Source of the DNA: Fimbriosthenelais zetlandica
Lineage: Eukaryota
Length of the DNA: 64,000 nucleotides
NCBI GenBank assembly: GCA_977030845.1
Contig: OZ365109.1
Location: 37,696,001 to 37,760,000 of the forward strand
Reading direction: 5' to 3'
Part shown: one piece after another, positions 1 through 12,556 of the stretch
How positions within the stretch are numbered: the stretch's first letter is position 1
Layout of the letters: each line of letters starts with the position of its first letter
The notes under the pieces: generated by a model
Told to the model about the DNA's origin: nothing
The model's database searches: none
Seen by the model: the letters and a program-made list of their open reading frames with translations, nothing else
Position numbers and translations under genes: made by a program

Positions 1-129
1 CTCGTCAATGGCGAGGGTCGGCGAGCGTTAATATATAAGAGCCCCTCGTCAAACGACTGTAACCTTGCATTCCAAGTTAATCTCTATTATTAATAAGTCT
101 AGGGGAGCCATAAATAATTCTATATTAGG

Positions 130-950
130 TACTTAGGCCTTCCCTATAGCCAAACTGTAGAAGTACCTTTAAACATTAATTTTATACCTCCAACTCGGGT
201 ATGATACATTTATGTCTAATCAGAAAAAGAGAATGAACCCATTATTTTAAATATGGAAACACTTCTTTATTTAACTTTCCGCAAAAATAACAGGGATATG
301 AATAAGTTCATCCTTCACTGTGAGTCTGTCTACAACCATAATTAATCTAAACATTTGCCTGGTCTTAGAGTGTAGAGAACTGCCTCATAATAACAGGCCT
401 TTCCTCACACACCATTGTTTTATGTCTCAAGTTCCCATAATGTCCTGCTAACTAGCTTGGCCATGATAGGACCATTATCTATATGATTATCCCTCCCAGG
501 TCGATCATCAGAATTTGAACTTTCTGCCTCCGAATGGACACTCATAACTACTTCAAAGTACTCTGATGAAAGGCTACGCGTATACGGCCATGAAGCGGTC
601 ATAATCTTTAAGGCCTCAGAGTGAAACCTATATATAGAACCTATGAATCTATATTTCCGAGGCTAAAAGGCCTATAAACTAGTTATGAAAACCTATTCTT
701 TTAATGACTGTCTGCGCCTTGTGACTGTCTACATTATATCTAACACTTTATAATTACTAACAACTTATTGGTTTAATATACTGTTACCAGGATAAATAAA
801 AGACTTAAATAAAAGATTAATCTGACTGAGGATTTTGTATAATCCCACGATCACTCGATCATGATACCGTGCCTTATATTAAACCTTTAAAAACCTCTAT
901 TTTCATTTTAAAACCTATCAAAACATAAGGAGGCCTGATAATGTCCGCTC
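130..950 (-). mobile_element. Possible decayed non-LTR retrotransposon (LINE) 3' remnant
   Basis: Minus-strand frames give broken fragments (MAKLVSRTLWELET...DELIHI) loosely like the C-terminal Zn-knuckle region of L2/CR1-group ORF2; many stops and frameshifts. Confidence 0.3.
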
Positions 951-1080
951 TAGTCCAATCTTACCGGAGAACTACCCTTGAGATGGGTTTCTATGTATGT
1001 TTGGAAATCCCTTCAATTCATAGGAAATGCCAACTCAAACACTGCTGACTGTTAACGGATTATGTGCTTCTTATTTTCAG

Positions 1081-1151
1081 GCTTGAAGCAGTTTATCTTG
1101 GTTGTTATCCATTGTGCCCTAATGATCTTGTATATCCAGAAATATTTCCAC
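1081..1151 (+). CDS. GTDC1: GTDC1/QTMAN (tRNA-queuosine mannosyltransferase) internal exon
   Basis: ttttcag|...|gtaagt; translates (M)[23 protein letters not shown], matching the recalled vertebrate GTDC1 segment [24 protein letters not shown]; phase 2 to 1. Confidence 0.9.
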
Positions 1152-1491
1152 GTAAGTTTTTTTTTCATTTTTTTCACTTTCTTTTCATTCATCTCTCACT
1201 GAGTCTGTCTGTCTGTTGGGGTGCACATTTTCTTCATATTTGAGAACTCATCTGTTCGAGAGCAGCTCTCCTAGTTGGTGCTGTGGTTGATTCTTTAGCC
1301 ACTGGGGTTAAATCAGCGCTGTTTCATCTGTGAGCAAATCATAAGTGTCATGAGTGACTCACTGAATTCCAGTTTCACTTTCAACCAGGCCAAAATTTAA
1401 AGTCAAAATATACCACTTTCTCTTTCATGATGATTGTAGTAAATTTCAATAATTGCCGAATGTTGAATATTATTATTGTTGACATTGACAG

Positions 1492-1583
1492 ATGAATGCC
1501 TGTATAACACAACTAATCAACTGACAAAGACACTAAGGCAATTCTGTAAACGACCATTGCTTGTACGGAACAGAGCAACTAGG
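1492..1583 (+). CDS. GTDC1: GTDC1 penultimate coding exon
   Basis: ttgacag|...|gtaagt; HECLYNTTNQLTKTLRQFCKRPLLVRNRATR resembles GTDC1 [22 protein letters not shown]; phase 1 to 0, consistent with neighbours. Confidence 0.88.
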
Positions 1584-1702
1584 GTAAGTCCTTGATATCC
1601 CTTTACCTTTAATAAATTCTAAAACTCTGCGACTACATATAATTATTATATTGAATTCATATAAAAATTCAATTTATTTACCATAATGTGTTTTTTTTTC
1701 AG

Positions 1703-1774
1703 CTAAATGTAGAACGATACAGCTGGTCGAATTTGGCGAAGGATTATCGTGAATTACTGTCAAATCCAAATTGA
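1703..1774 (+). CDS. GTDC1: GTDC1 terminal coding exon
   Basis: tttttttcag| phase 0; LNVERYSWSNLAKDYRELLSNPN* resembles the GTDC1 C-terminal FSWAALHGKFRSLL helix; TGA at 1772-1774. Confidence 0.85.
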   Translation, partial: LNVERYSWSNLAKDYRELLSNPN

Positions 1775-2723
1775 TACTGAAATGTAAGAGATGGAGATTT
1801 ATAAGACTAGTGCCCAGTTTGATGGGGATCCCACTTTCTGAACTTTCTCCTCAACCTATTTACAACAAACAAGAATTCAGGTTATATATGGTGCCTATGT
1901 GGATGACGCATAAGAAATATGAATTTTATGGAAGATTTATGTTGAATTAATTTGCTTATAATTATCTCCAATGTAAGAACAATTTTTCTCATTCAGTGCA
2001 CTTTTGGTTGTATGCCTTACATTGATGGATGTTAGCAATAATTAATCAGAAATGTTGCACTCTAGTAAGTCACTGTGGAGATGTTGTAATACATACATGC
2101 ATAGTTATAATATTTAGATTTACCTGGTATTATACAACTCAGAATTTGTTTTCTATTAGGTTCAGAATTGTACTCAACCATGGTCACAAATGGACGTGAG
2201 CTTAGGTTTGACTACTGTCTTAATGATCTAAAATGATTTCAGCTAAAGGAGACATTGATAATAGTAACTTTCAGCATTCAAAGTTGAATTTTTCATTTAG
2301 GTCTGGGTTGAATCCTACCTGGCATTCTAAAAGTTGAATGATATTATATTATGATGATTTATATAGGATATTAATTGCTAAACATATATCCTAATTAATA
2401 TACTGATCAGCATAGGCACAAGGACAACTTGCAAATGGGCAATCAGGTTTCTGTTTAATTTTAAAATGTGGGTAGGCTATTGTTGTCGCACTGACTCGAA
2501 CTTTGGTTGAAATAAAGATATGCATGATCATGTATTTAAAGTAATTGGTCCCATAGATCCTACCGGTCATCATCCCTTTTAAATAGTAATGTGAATGGTT
2601 AGGCATATAACCTCCACTGTTACAGTCCACTCTCCCTTGGTGGTCACGTCCCTTAAATGGTCAGACCACAATTATGGTCACTTCTCCTCAGAACAGAGGT
2701 GGTGTTGTACAAGTGACGATCCT

Positions 2724-3062
2724 GGTGTTGTACAATAAAATCGTCGATGGCGAGGGATCGGCGTGCTTGTAAATGCATTGTCCAAGCACTGTTTAATCAA
2801 AAACAACGCTTGGACAATGCAATTGCTCCGCGAGGGTACCCTCGCCGATTCCTCGCCATCGACGATTTTATTGTACAACAGGGGGAATAACGAGTGTCGG
2901 CGAGGGCACCCTCGTCGAGTGATTGTACTGTACAAGTGTTGAGAAAACACTCTTGGACTATGCAATAAAAAGCAATTGTCCATGCACTTTTTTTCAAGAA
3001 AAAAGTTCTTGAACAAAGCAAACGCTCGCCATTGGCGAGGTTCCGTGTATAACAGGGGGTGT
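2724..3062. mobile_element. Foldback MITE family B (TGTTGTACAA ends, CGAGGG/CCCTCG core), two adjacent copies
   Basis: Perfect 30-bp inverted arms 2726-2755 / 2851-2880; related copies at 1-60, ~7590-7803, 41751-41965, ~45807-46128, ~50735-50780, ~54037-54254. Confidence 0.75.
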
Positions 3063-3934
3063 ATTTGTGTTGCCTTTGTGTCTATACAGTGGTTAGATTT
3101 GAACAATGCTTGGTCGGTTTTGCTCAGAATGTCAGGTGACCAAAATTGGGAGAGTCGGCAGCGGAGAGAGGCAGTCATTGGGAGGGTTAAAACGCATGTT
3201 ATACATTTGTGTAGCTACTATTATACATGAGAAACGTTAATATGGTAGTTGTGTTTACCACCAAGGACTAGAAGCACATATATATATATATATAAGATCC
3301 AGTGTCAACAGATGAGAAGGAAGTTTTTGTAATAAAGTATTTCCCAATTGGGCTTAAGAATTTCTTTCCTTGTGTTGTGTGTTACATATGGGACTCAATA
3401 TTAAAATATCTTGCAGCAGAAAATGGCCTTCAGTGGCGTTTAGAAAATTCATATTGTATTCATATATATATTAATTCATGACCACCTGAAAATACTCCGT
3501 AATGGAGGAATTAGTTCAGAAAGCGTCACAAAACCTTTAAAAAATTGAATGAGGTTCAGCCATAGGCCCTACATAGAAGGAGGCTACGCATTTATATTGG
3601 TTTCTACATTATATAATATCTATACCAGAGACATTATTTTTTCCCTCTTTATTACTCAACAAGTGTTATTATAAGTTTTTACAATTATATTATAATAAAT
3701 AATATACAGGGGCGGACCCAGGTTTTTTCACAAAAGGGCAGGGTATAATTTGGTTTGAAAAATGTTCATAACAATTTTTAACCCTTAAAAGTGGGGCGAC
3801 TAAATCCGCGCTTAATAAGATCATAGGATGAATTTGATGATGTGTAATAGATCACTTATTCTCAAAACCATAATATGCCAATGATGAAACTGACTTGAGA
3901 GGCGATAACTGGCAAAAGAGAAACAAAATAGCGA

Positions 3935-3966
3935 CGGAAGTCACGTGGTAGAGAGTACCACGTGAC
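3935..3966. promoter_or_regulatory. Candidate promoter: Ets site overlapping an inverted pair of E-boxes
   Basis: CGGAAGT (3935-3941) plus GTCACGTGGTA-gagag-TACCACGTGAC, an 11-bp perfect inverted repeat, ~190 bp upstream of a candidate ATG exon. Confidence 0.5.
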
Positions 3967-4150
3967 CACGCCGGGAACAAAATTTGAATTTGAAATCGTC
4001 CTTGACAAACTTGAAGCCCATATCATTATTAGTGAAAGTTCTCTGTAGGAACCCAGAGGGACGGAGGATGAGGACTACATGTAGGCTACTAGACCCGTAA
4101 ATGCCCCCTGGAGGAGAAGAAAGAAACCAATGATTAGGCCTAGGCCTACA

Positions 4151-4178
4151 ATGTCACAAACATACCAGGCTGAAAAAG
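4151..4178 (+). CDS. Candidate first coding exon (MSQTYQAEK) of an unidentified gene
   Basis: ATG in acaATG context, strong donor AAG|gtaagc, phase 1 compatible with the exon at 13979. Confidence 0.4.
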
Positions 4179-4246
4179 GTAAGCAATGAAAATCCCTTGC
4201 TGGCACAGTACTTTAAATTGTTACGACAGCAGAACAACCCTTGCTA

Positions 4247-4750
4247 CCAAATCCCCTATTATCGCTCACAACAACGCTGTTTACAGGCTTACAGACAGCG
4301 TAGCTTTGTTTTTTTTTAATTTGATAAATTCTCCATGTAAATCCACCGAGTGATTTCAATTTTGGCTGATTTAGGTGCGTTCCTAGATCTACAAACGCCG
4401 TCTGAAAATTCCTAGCGACACCCGCATTAACCGGCATGGCACTCAGCTGGTAGTGGCGATTAGAAACAGTGCTACCACCTGGTGGTTTCCAGCTGAAATA
4501 AAGGCTCGGCGGAGCTCAGTTCAGTCATAGTACACAAGGTGGCAGCCCGGATATAGGCCAAATCCCCTATTATCGATCACAACAACACTGCTCGTCGTTT
4601 ACAGGCTTTACAGGTAACTTAGCTTTTGTTCTGTTTGACGCGATGAACTCTCCATGTAAATCTACCAGGTGACTTAAATTTTGGCCCATTTAGGAGCTTT
4701 CTTTGATCTACAAACGTCGGCTGAAAATTCCGATTGACGCCCAATTAACT
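4247..4750. repeat. Diverged direct duplication (~190-bp unit, ~311-bp period)
   Basis: ccaaatcccctattatcg...ctccatgtaaatc...gatctacaaacg...tgaaaattcc occurs at ~4247-4430 and ~4558-4750. Confidence 0.75.
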
Positions 4751-7589
4751 TAGCATTGAGTGCTAGTTCCCATTTTCGCCTTAAGGATTAGCCGAGGGCG
4801 CCACCGGACCAGTTTTGCGACATTCATTTCATGTCATATTACATAGCCGAAACGACAAGCCTTCGGCCACTAAGCAAATAGAAACTCAATTAACTAATTT
4901 GATTCAATTTAAGTGTAAAAGACTAAATTTAAAAATAAAATCGATCAGCCCCTGTGGACCAACTAAACAAATATTAAGTAGGCCTAGGCCTACATTGAAT
5001 AAATGCTAACACTAACAGGAGTTTGAATTTTCCCTATGGGCCTAGATCATAGAATGCCTAGATCTTAGAGTATTTAGGCCTACTGTAAGCTGTAGGCCTA
5101 ATAGATAATAATAATTATCTTAAGTTTATCGGTGACAGTGAAATCGCAATATGGTTTATAGTACAGGCACGGTAGGCTACACATAGCCTAATTCATAGTA
5201 GGCCTATACTGCAGCTACCCATGTGGTCTACCTGGGGCACCAAAATAATGTATAACATTATTATTACATAACATTAACATGTATAACCTACGGTTAACTA
5301 CCATGGTAGGGATAATAACTAATCAAATATGAAGTACCTGGTCATGGATTCAGTGCTAAACACGAAAATGAAAAAGAAATGTTAAAAGAAATCTATGTAC
5401 AATATACTATTAGCTCAAAAGGCTTACTACGATTGGTGCATATTTTTAATGAAACGTCCTCTGGCAGATCAGGCAGGAGTTGTGATTGGCTGAGCGCTGT
5501 TCGGCCTGTCTCAAGACAGAATGTCCTCGCATGTTGATGACAGCAGCTTTCCATGAAATAGTCACCACTTGAGGCTTCCTCATGCTGGACGGTAGACGAA
5601 GAAAGATAGAAGGAAGGTCTCGTGTATTATCAGAACTCTTGTCTGAAATTGTTTGTTTTTTTCAGCCGATGTTCTGATAATCTTCTACTATACAAACTTC
5701 TCTCCAGGTAGGTTTTATATTATTCTCCAATTACGTTAAAAGATTTTATTTGTTTTTAATTCGAGTTTTAATTAACATTCCTTACAGAAACTTACTCACT
5801 AACGAAAACCATATACATGTACATGTACATGTAGTTTGTTGCTGTTTTGAGCAGTCTGCAATTTGCAAATTGTTTTCAATGCATTTTGGTCGGTTATATA
5901 CTTATTATCCTTGTTGCATTACTTCAGCGAGCGTTCTTAGCGAATTTCCGTAGAAAATAAAATCGTAGACACCTGTCGCAGCATCTTTAACTCGTACTAG
6001 CGTATTCGTTAGTGGGAGGCCCAGCGAAGAAAATTGTAGAAAATTCCGTAATAATTGTAGAAAATTCCGTAATAATTCTCCTGCTATTTTATTTTCTACG
6101 AAACTTGACCAGCGCGCGCTCGCGTAAGTTATGCGACAAGGGGAAAGTTAGTTTAGCTCTTTTCAATCCTTTTGGAAATACTGTTACTTGAAGGTTTATA
6201 GAAATCGCAAAGATTATATCATATCAAATTCATTTAATGTTTGAAAGTATTTTCTAACGAGATAGAAATTGACTTGTTTACACCAAAACTGCGTTTCCTT
6301 GTGTAAATTATTGGCCAAAACTGGACCAGAAATTGAATCCATTATTAAAAGATACTTGGTATCTTTTGTAATGAAGTAAAGGTTAATCACATCCCTGTCA
6401 GATGAAGCAGACTGCCAGCAATCATGCTGACCAGTACACAATATCAATTAATTTTCTTTATCAAAATGCAGAATCTTTCTATTGGGAATGGTACTGCAAT
6501 TTTAGTATTGAAACTTCTCATGTCGTTGGTACTATTTTAAGTTGGGTTAGGTGAAATGTGGTTTGGTTCCATACATGTATTATCCATCGCTCTTCCTACA
6601 TTGTTTTAGGAAGATTTCGACAGACAATTTCACAGGAAATTTACTGTAGATGTGAAATGTATACTTTGATAGGAACATGTAATTATGAGAGAATATTTCT
6701 TATATGAACGTTTCTGTTAGTATAGCTTAGTCCAAAGAAGCTTACTGAGAGACGATCCCTAGAGATAACCGCCGTGGGATGCAGTGATCCCGTCCACTGA
6801 TTGGGCTCGGAAGACCCACTGAATACTAGATCATATTTCCACTCCCATCTCTGACCCACCACATCACTAGGCCTATATATTGAAGTGAAGCTGGGAAGAA
6901 CCTGACCATCTGCACAATTTTGAATAATATTACAATAATGTATAGCTGCAGTCTGTCGGCAACCTCAGGCATGTACTCAAGCATGTAAATGTACAATTCC
7001 AGATTCTAAACTGAAGTCTGCCCAGGGTCTGTTTATTACAAATTCCGTGTTGCCTGTACTCCACTGCTGCGATTTTGCTTACGACACTACTGCGAAAAGG
7101 CGATGCCTGTGTTGCAATAAAATTATAAATTGGGGTCCAAGTGTCCATGGTCTTATGGCCGTCCTCCACTGGTAATGGTACATTTTGCATTGCAACACCA
7201 GCATCATCATTGTCGCAGTAGTGTCACAAGCAAAATCGCAGCAATGGAGTACAGGCTTTAATTCGGGTGGTGCAATTTGCTCGCTCAATTATACATGTAT
7301 AGATCGGTTCAATGTATACCAATCCCATCTGTAGGCACTTTGCCAATTGACTCGATCGCCGCAATTAAGAATCCACATTATCCTGGCTAATTGGCACTGA
7401 GTCCTCGTAGTGCTATATAAAAAATGTGTATCAAGCAGAAAAAGAAGGCTGAACGTTTAAAAAATGAAAAAAATGTTTAGGCCTATATGTAATTAGAAAT
7501 CTGCAGGTCTAATTTCCTGACTTATAACGAAAAGTGGGGAACATCTTGGCCCAGGTGCATGGTAGAGTGTTCGACTTGAATGCCTGAGA

Positions 7590-7803
7590 CCCCGGGTACA
7601 ACTAAATCGTCAATTGCGAGGTTTGGCGAGGGTACCCTCGTCCACGATTGTATTGTACAAGCAACATTGGTTTGGACAATGCAATAACAAACAATCATCC
7701 AAGCACTTTTTTCAAAACAATAGTACTTGAACAAAGCAAACAGTCGACGAGGTTGCCCTCGCCGCCCCTCGCCATTGACGAGGCTGCTTGTACAACAGGG
7801 GGA
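7590..7803. mobile_element. MITE family B copy
   Basis: Shares cgagggtaccctcg, tggacaatgcaat, aaagcaaac and ttgtacaacagggg blocks with 2724-3062. Confidence 0.7.
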
Positions 7804-9194
7804 TAATACGCCGATGTAAGTGTACACCACTCTGGTGACAGCACCTCCCTGCGTTGAGGGGACGAGGATAGTATTCCACGTATTTACAGGGAAGCCATAG
7901 GAGAATTAGGAAAGTCTGCGAAAGGTGCTCCCGCAATTAGATTTACTGGACAAGACTGCGGGTGAATCACACCAACCGATGCCTCGCCAAGTGGGTTTGT
8001 TTCCCTCAGACTTCATTAGTTTCTTGGATGACCAGGGGCCGTTGCAGCCAAGATTCAAGCCAGTACAGTTGAATTGCCACTTTGCATGTATGCATACATG
8101 TATGCAAAACATTAAGATGTTACATGTAAGTAAATTAATATCCAAGTCAGTGTGTCCAACTGTAATCCAGCACTGGAACTACATGTATAGAATAGGGCCA
8201 TTGCAGAATTTCTGTCTTAAGAGCGACTTAATCCAAATATTGAAACTGGGAGGCTGTCGCATAAGACACTCTGGCAATTGGCACTAAGATGTTCCTGTTA
8301 TATCCTAAATTTGAGCTGATTTGAGACACAAAACCTGCCTTTAGCAATGCTTTCCAGGCCCCCATAAACTTCTGCAATGGGGAGAATAGCACGGAAATGT
8401 GGAATGCCCTAATTAAGTTCATAACAAACTTGTTATTGGCGACCAATTCCACCACATAACCTGTTCCAATGTCAGCTGTTTATTTCATAGAATTATAATA
8501 GATTAATGTTTAGGGAATTCGGATAATTGGTCTTTAATTGATAACAGATTATGGTGAACTACCAATGATTAACCCAGAAAATTAAAAAGTGACAGTTCAC
8601 ATTTTTTTTGGCAAGAGCAATGTATGAATTGGGCGAATGCCTTAGCAAAACTGTCCAGCGACAGTGCCCACGAGTTAGCAGGGTGATATTGGATAGCATC
8701 TTATAAAATTGAAGTCACCTCCGGCCCCGGCCCCAGGGGTGTATTGGTATAAACCTGCATCGTTCTTGAATATTATCTTGTCTATAGTTTCGCAATTCAG
8801 CACTTTAACCGGAGAATATGTAATTAAAATAAATGATTCAGGCCTGCAGGTATCTCAAATTAATTAATCGATTTAATTATTTATAAATAATTATATTATT
8901 GCCTTCCGCTGAATTTCTGGTTTCCATTTCTGAGGTATCCTATTGCAGTTGTCGACATGTGGATAACAGGTGTGAGCTTCTTCTCCTCTCAAGAAGCCAT
9001 AAAGATGTTTTATTACGCAGTAATCGTGACTGACCGAGCACATTATCTGGTCTATTGACTATTTGTGAAAAGGCTGTTGATGACTTCACACCCCTATACA
9101 TCACAGCACCGAAAGCCATTTGTTGCTGAGTTTTGCCTGAGTTAGCACACACTGTATTGGACTAGGCCTTGAGATATTGTTTTTTTCACATCTG

Positions 9195-9260
9195 GGGCCT
9201 GTCTCAAAAGGAATAGGCCTAATATTAGCCATGCTAAGTCTATGGCTAATATACAGGCCT
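9195..9260. mobile_element. Short MITE family C (GGGGCCTGTTTCAAAAG...TTAGCCATGCTAAGTCTATGGCTAAT)
   Basis: Related copies at ~10255-10325, ~41709-42000 (interrupted) and ~51254-51320; preceded by CTG in three copies. Confidence 0.55.
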
Positions 9261-9822
9261 GGTTATTGGTAAGAAAGGCAGAAATAGTTTAGAAATTGTT
9301 ATAATATTTCTTACCCCTACACTTCCCATGCTTCCAAGGACTGAATTTCTCTAGGATTTGAAGTATTTCCCGAGATATATAAAAATTAAGACTCCACAGC
9401 CAAAGAATCTTTTACTTTAATATACAGTTATAGTTCAGTAAGTGTAGGCCCAATTAACACTGATGATGAAGACCTAACTGTGCTATAGAGAAAGTACTTT
9501 AATTAATCGGTGTCTACTACATATATACATGTAACACTAAGCAAACCTATGCAGACATACAGATGTCAACACAAGTAACGATTGACCACAGATTCGGTCT
9601 GCTTGGTGTGGACACCCCATCTGTGAGCTGTCTCATATTCCTTAGGTCTCCTCCGGTGAGCACTGGCTATACATTGGACAATTAGATTCCCTCGACCCTG
9701 AGCCTGGGAGCTCAGCTAATGAGGTAATGGAGAAAAAAACAACATTGGGATTCTGTTTTGTTACTATAGCTAATCATGTTCTCTGTGTGCGTGTGGTCAC
9801 GCTGGACATGTGGGACTATAAA

Positions 9823-9923
9823 AGGCCATCACCCACCGGTGCGATTTTTCTTGTGACAGACGTGTGACAAGTGTGACAGATGCGTCACAAGAATAATTGC
9901 ACCAGTGCAGGGCTGGACAGCCT
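9823..9923. mobile_element. Small Harbinger-like MITE
   Basis: Inverted arms CACCGGTGCGATTTTTCTTGTGAC / GTCACAAGAATAATTGCACCAGTG, with AGGC...GCCT ends. Confidence 0.5.
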
Positions 9924-11921
9924 GTGAAATACACAACCACAATTTAAAGAATTTAAAGGGATGCTTTCATAAGTCAAAGTTAACTACACACAGAAACCAG
10001 AAAATAAAGTTACTCAAAATAAGTTACTCTCCATGAGAGTTTTCCTTTAAAGGGGAAAACACTAGTATTTTGTAGGGTTTTATAAACATTATCTTGAATT
10101 ATTTATCCTGAAACACTCCTGGCACCCTCTAAGCAATGTATATCTAGGCCTAATCCTCTCTATTGGCGGCAATGGAGAATATTATATGAAATAGGAAAAA
10201 AATGGATATCATGCGTCTGTATAATATCTATCCTCCCCGTTCCTCACCCCAACTGGAGCCTGTTTCAAAACGAATAATATCCATAGACTTAGCATCGCTA
10301 ATATTCCTTTTGCTGGCAGTCTCGTCATGTCATATAGCAGATTTAGTTGTCTTCCCATGAATGTCTTTCTTATAGCAGGCCATAGTAGTAATACTAGCTA
10401 TAACTTGTAGCCTCCTCGCCTTTCTGGCACTACTTACCTGGCCGGCTAATGTGCAGGTCCATCTATTTCCATGTGTGTCAATTTGCCTGGCACAGCGATT
10501 AGGAACTAGTGAGAAAGCGTCTCTACCCTACAAGATGGGAACAGTATTAAAACTGCATGGCACAAGGCGTTCTTCCCATGGAGAAGCCATTTTCCTGGCA
10601 CAAAACATGTTCCTTCCGTAATTATATACATTCACAATGTTAGCCGAAATGCGGTTGTTATAAATTGACCAATTCATTTCTGTACACGTAAATGTAGGCT
10701 ACTATACGGTATATATGTTTGGTCGTGATATATCTGACTTTTGGCAAAGTTTGAATTGGGAACTGCATGCCATGGTCCAAATAAAGTGACGGGCACTATC
10801 TAGGCTGTCTGTGCCATTGATCAATTTTGATCAACACACATGTATATTAATTAATTTCCATAGTGGATGGTTCGAAATTTACGATGTAACCCACTTAGAA
10901 AGCGACAAATAAAGACCAAAGGCTGCGGCAGGCCATTTTCTTTTGAATTTGTATATATATTAATGTTGAGACATAGGCTTACTACTTGAAATTATAAAAA
11001 CAAATAAAGGATTTCTACAGTAACAACATCTTGAATTATACACTGCTAACGAGGACACTTCATTATTGATTTCCATCACCTCGTTAAAAAAATATATATG
11101 GTCTTAAATTGTTGTCAGGGGGTTTAATAATTTTGAGACTGGTGCATCAACTAAAATGTCTATATTTATTATCTCTGAGAAGAAATTCTAATAAAGTCAT
11201 GTTCATTGGCCCATTTAAACAGAACTCCACAGAATATAAATATTCATTGTTTTACCCAAAACCGAACTTTGCAATGGGGATTGAATAATTGTGCATGCAA
11301 CTGTACCTAACGTTACTAGCATAATCCTTTATTTGGTTGTTTTCACTTTCCTTCCTCCAAACCCCTGTAATTCTTCTTGTTCCGTCTCAACTCCAGCCCT
11401 TTTTCTATCCATCATCTGTATTGATCAATGTCATCAGTTGATCCATCATTTACCTTCAATCTATCCATCACCTTCCCTCATAATATTATCAGTCTGTCTT
11501 TATTTCAGCCGCCATACCTAGCAGATAGTCTGCATGTCTGCTTACCTCCCTTCTCTTTCCCTCTCTAATAAGGCTTCCAGGCTGTAAAAAAACACCTTGA
11601 TCAATGTCCAAAAAACTGAGACTGAAACAACCACTTGTTACATTCCCTTAGAGAATAGTCAACTTTCGGCAGCACCCGACAGACACCTTCAGTTCGGTGA
11701 ATTTGGTTAGTGAATGACTATTACAAAGTGCCAGTTTGTTGTGTTCATCATAATATATAGTCCTATGTCCTTTGTAATCCTCAGAAAGGTATCATGCCCA
11801 TGAATATCTGAAATCAATTGAAGGCAGATTTGTATTATTCCGAAAATACATATTATATCTTTAACATTTTCTACATAATCACATTTTTGTGGAGATTGAT
11901 TTATACGAAGTGATCGGTTTA

Positions 11922-11985
11922 TAGTCTGTCCAAACTAAGTTGGACCGAAACCACCATGGAAATGTACTGTGGTTTGGACAGACTG
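11922..11985. mobile_element. Tc1/mariner-type MITE (internally deleted copy)
   Basis: TA|tagtctgtccaaac...gtttggacagactg|TA; same family as 60495-60574. Confidence 0.65.
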
Positions 11986-12556
11986 TAGGCGGGTGAAAGG
12001 TGGAAGGCAGGGACAGTTGGAAAATTTGGAGACCAAATTCTTGTGGGCACCCTGCCTAAATGTTCGCTAAAATATCCAAATAACTGCATGAGGAATTACT
12101 CAATCATGGGAGTAGGGCTATCACTGAATGTTAAAGAACACGATACGGCGGTTAAGCCTTAATCCTCCCAGCAGAACAAATGGCATCCATGTACAGTAAT
12201 AATGTTGAGCGGATAATAAGGAAATTTAATCGGGTTAATAGCACGTACTTCTATTACCCTGATTAAAATTAAACACCCTTTAAGGTTTGAGATCTGAAAA
12301 GTGGGTTGGCCCGATCTCTCACGGTGATTAAATTGTCTAAAGATCTGACATACAAGACATATGAAGCATTAGACATTGTGATGTGTTGATTAAGCGGATT
12401 AATTACCTTTTGTGTACTACATGTATAACATGAGAGAATTACAGTAACTGTACCTACATAAAAGTTATCCGTATAAGGAATAATTATAGGAAACTGTGTA
12501 TAATTATGTGACTATATGTGAAGAAACCATATAAAATAGAATGATATAGCCTAGGT

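Noticed and set aside
1090-1115. WSC domain from the YLGCY motif
   Set aside because: The longer context matches GTDC1.
10432-10443. U1 snRNA 5' end (ACTTACCTGG); similar at 57052
   Set aside because: Similarity stops after ~10 nt; it is simply a reverse-complemented donor consensus.
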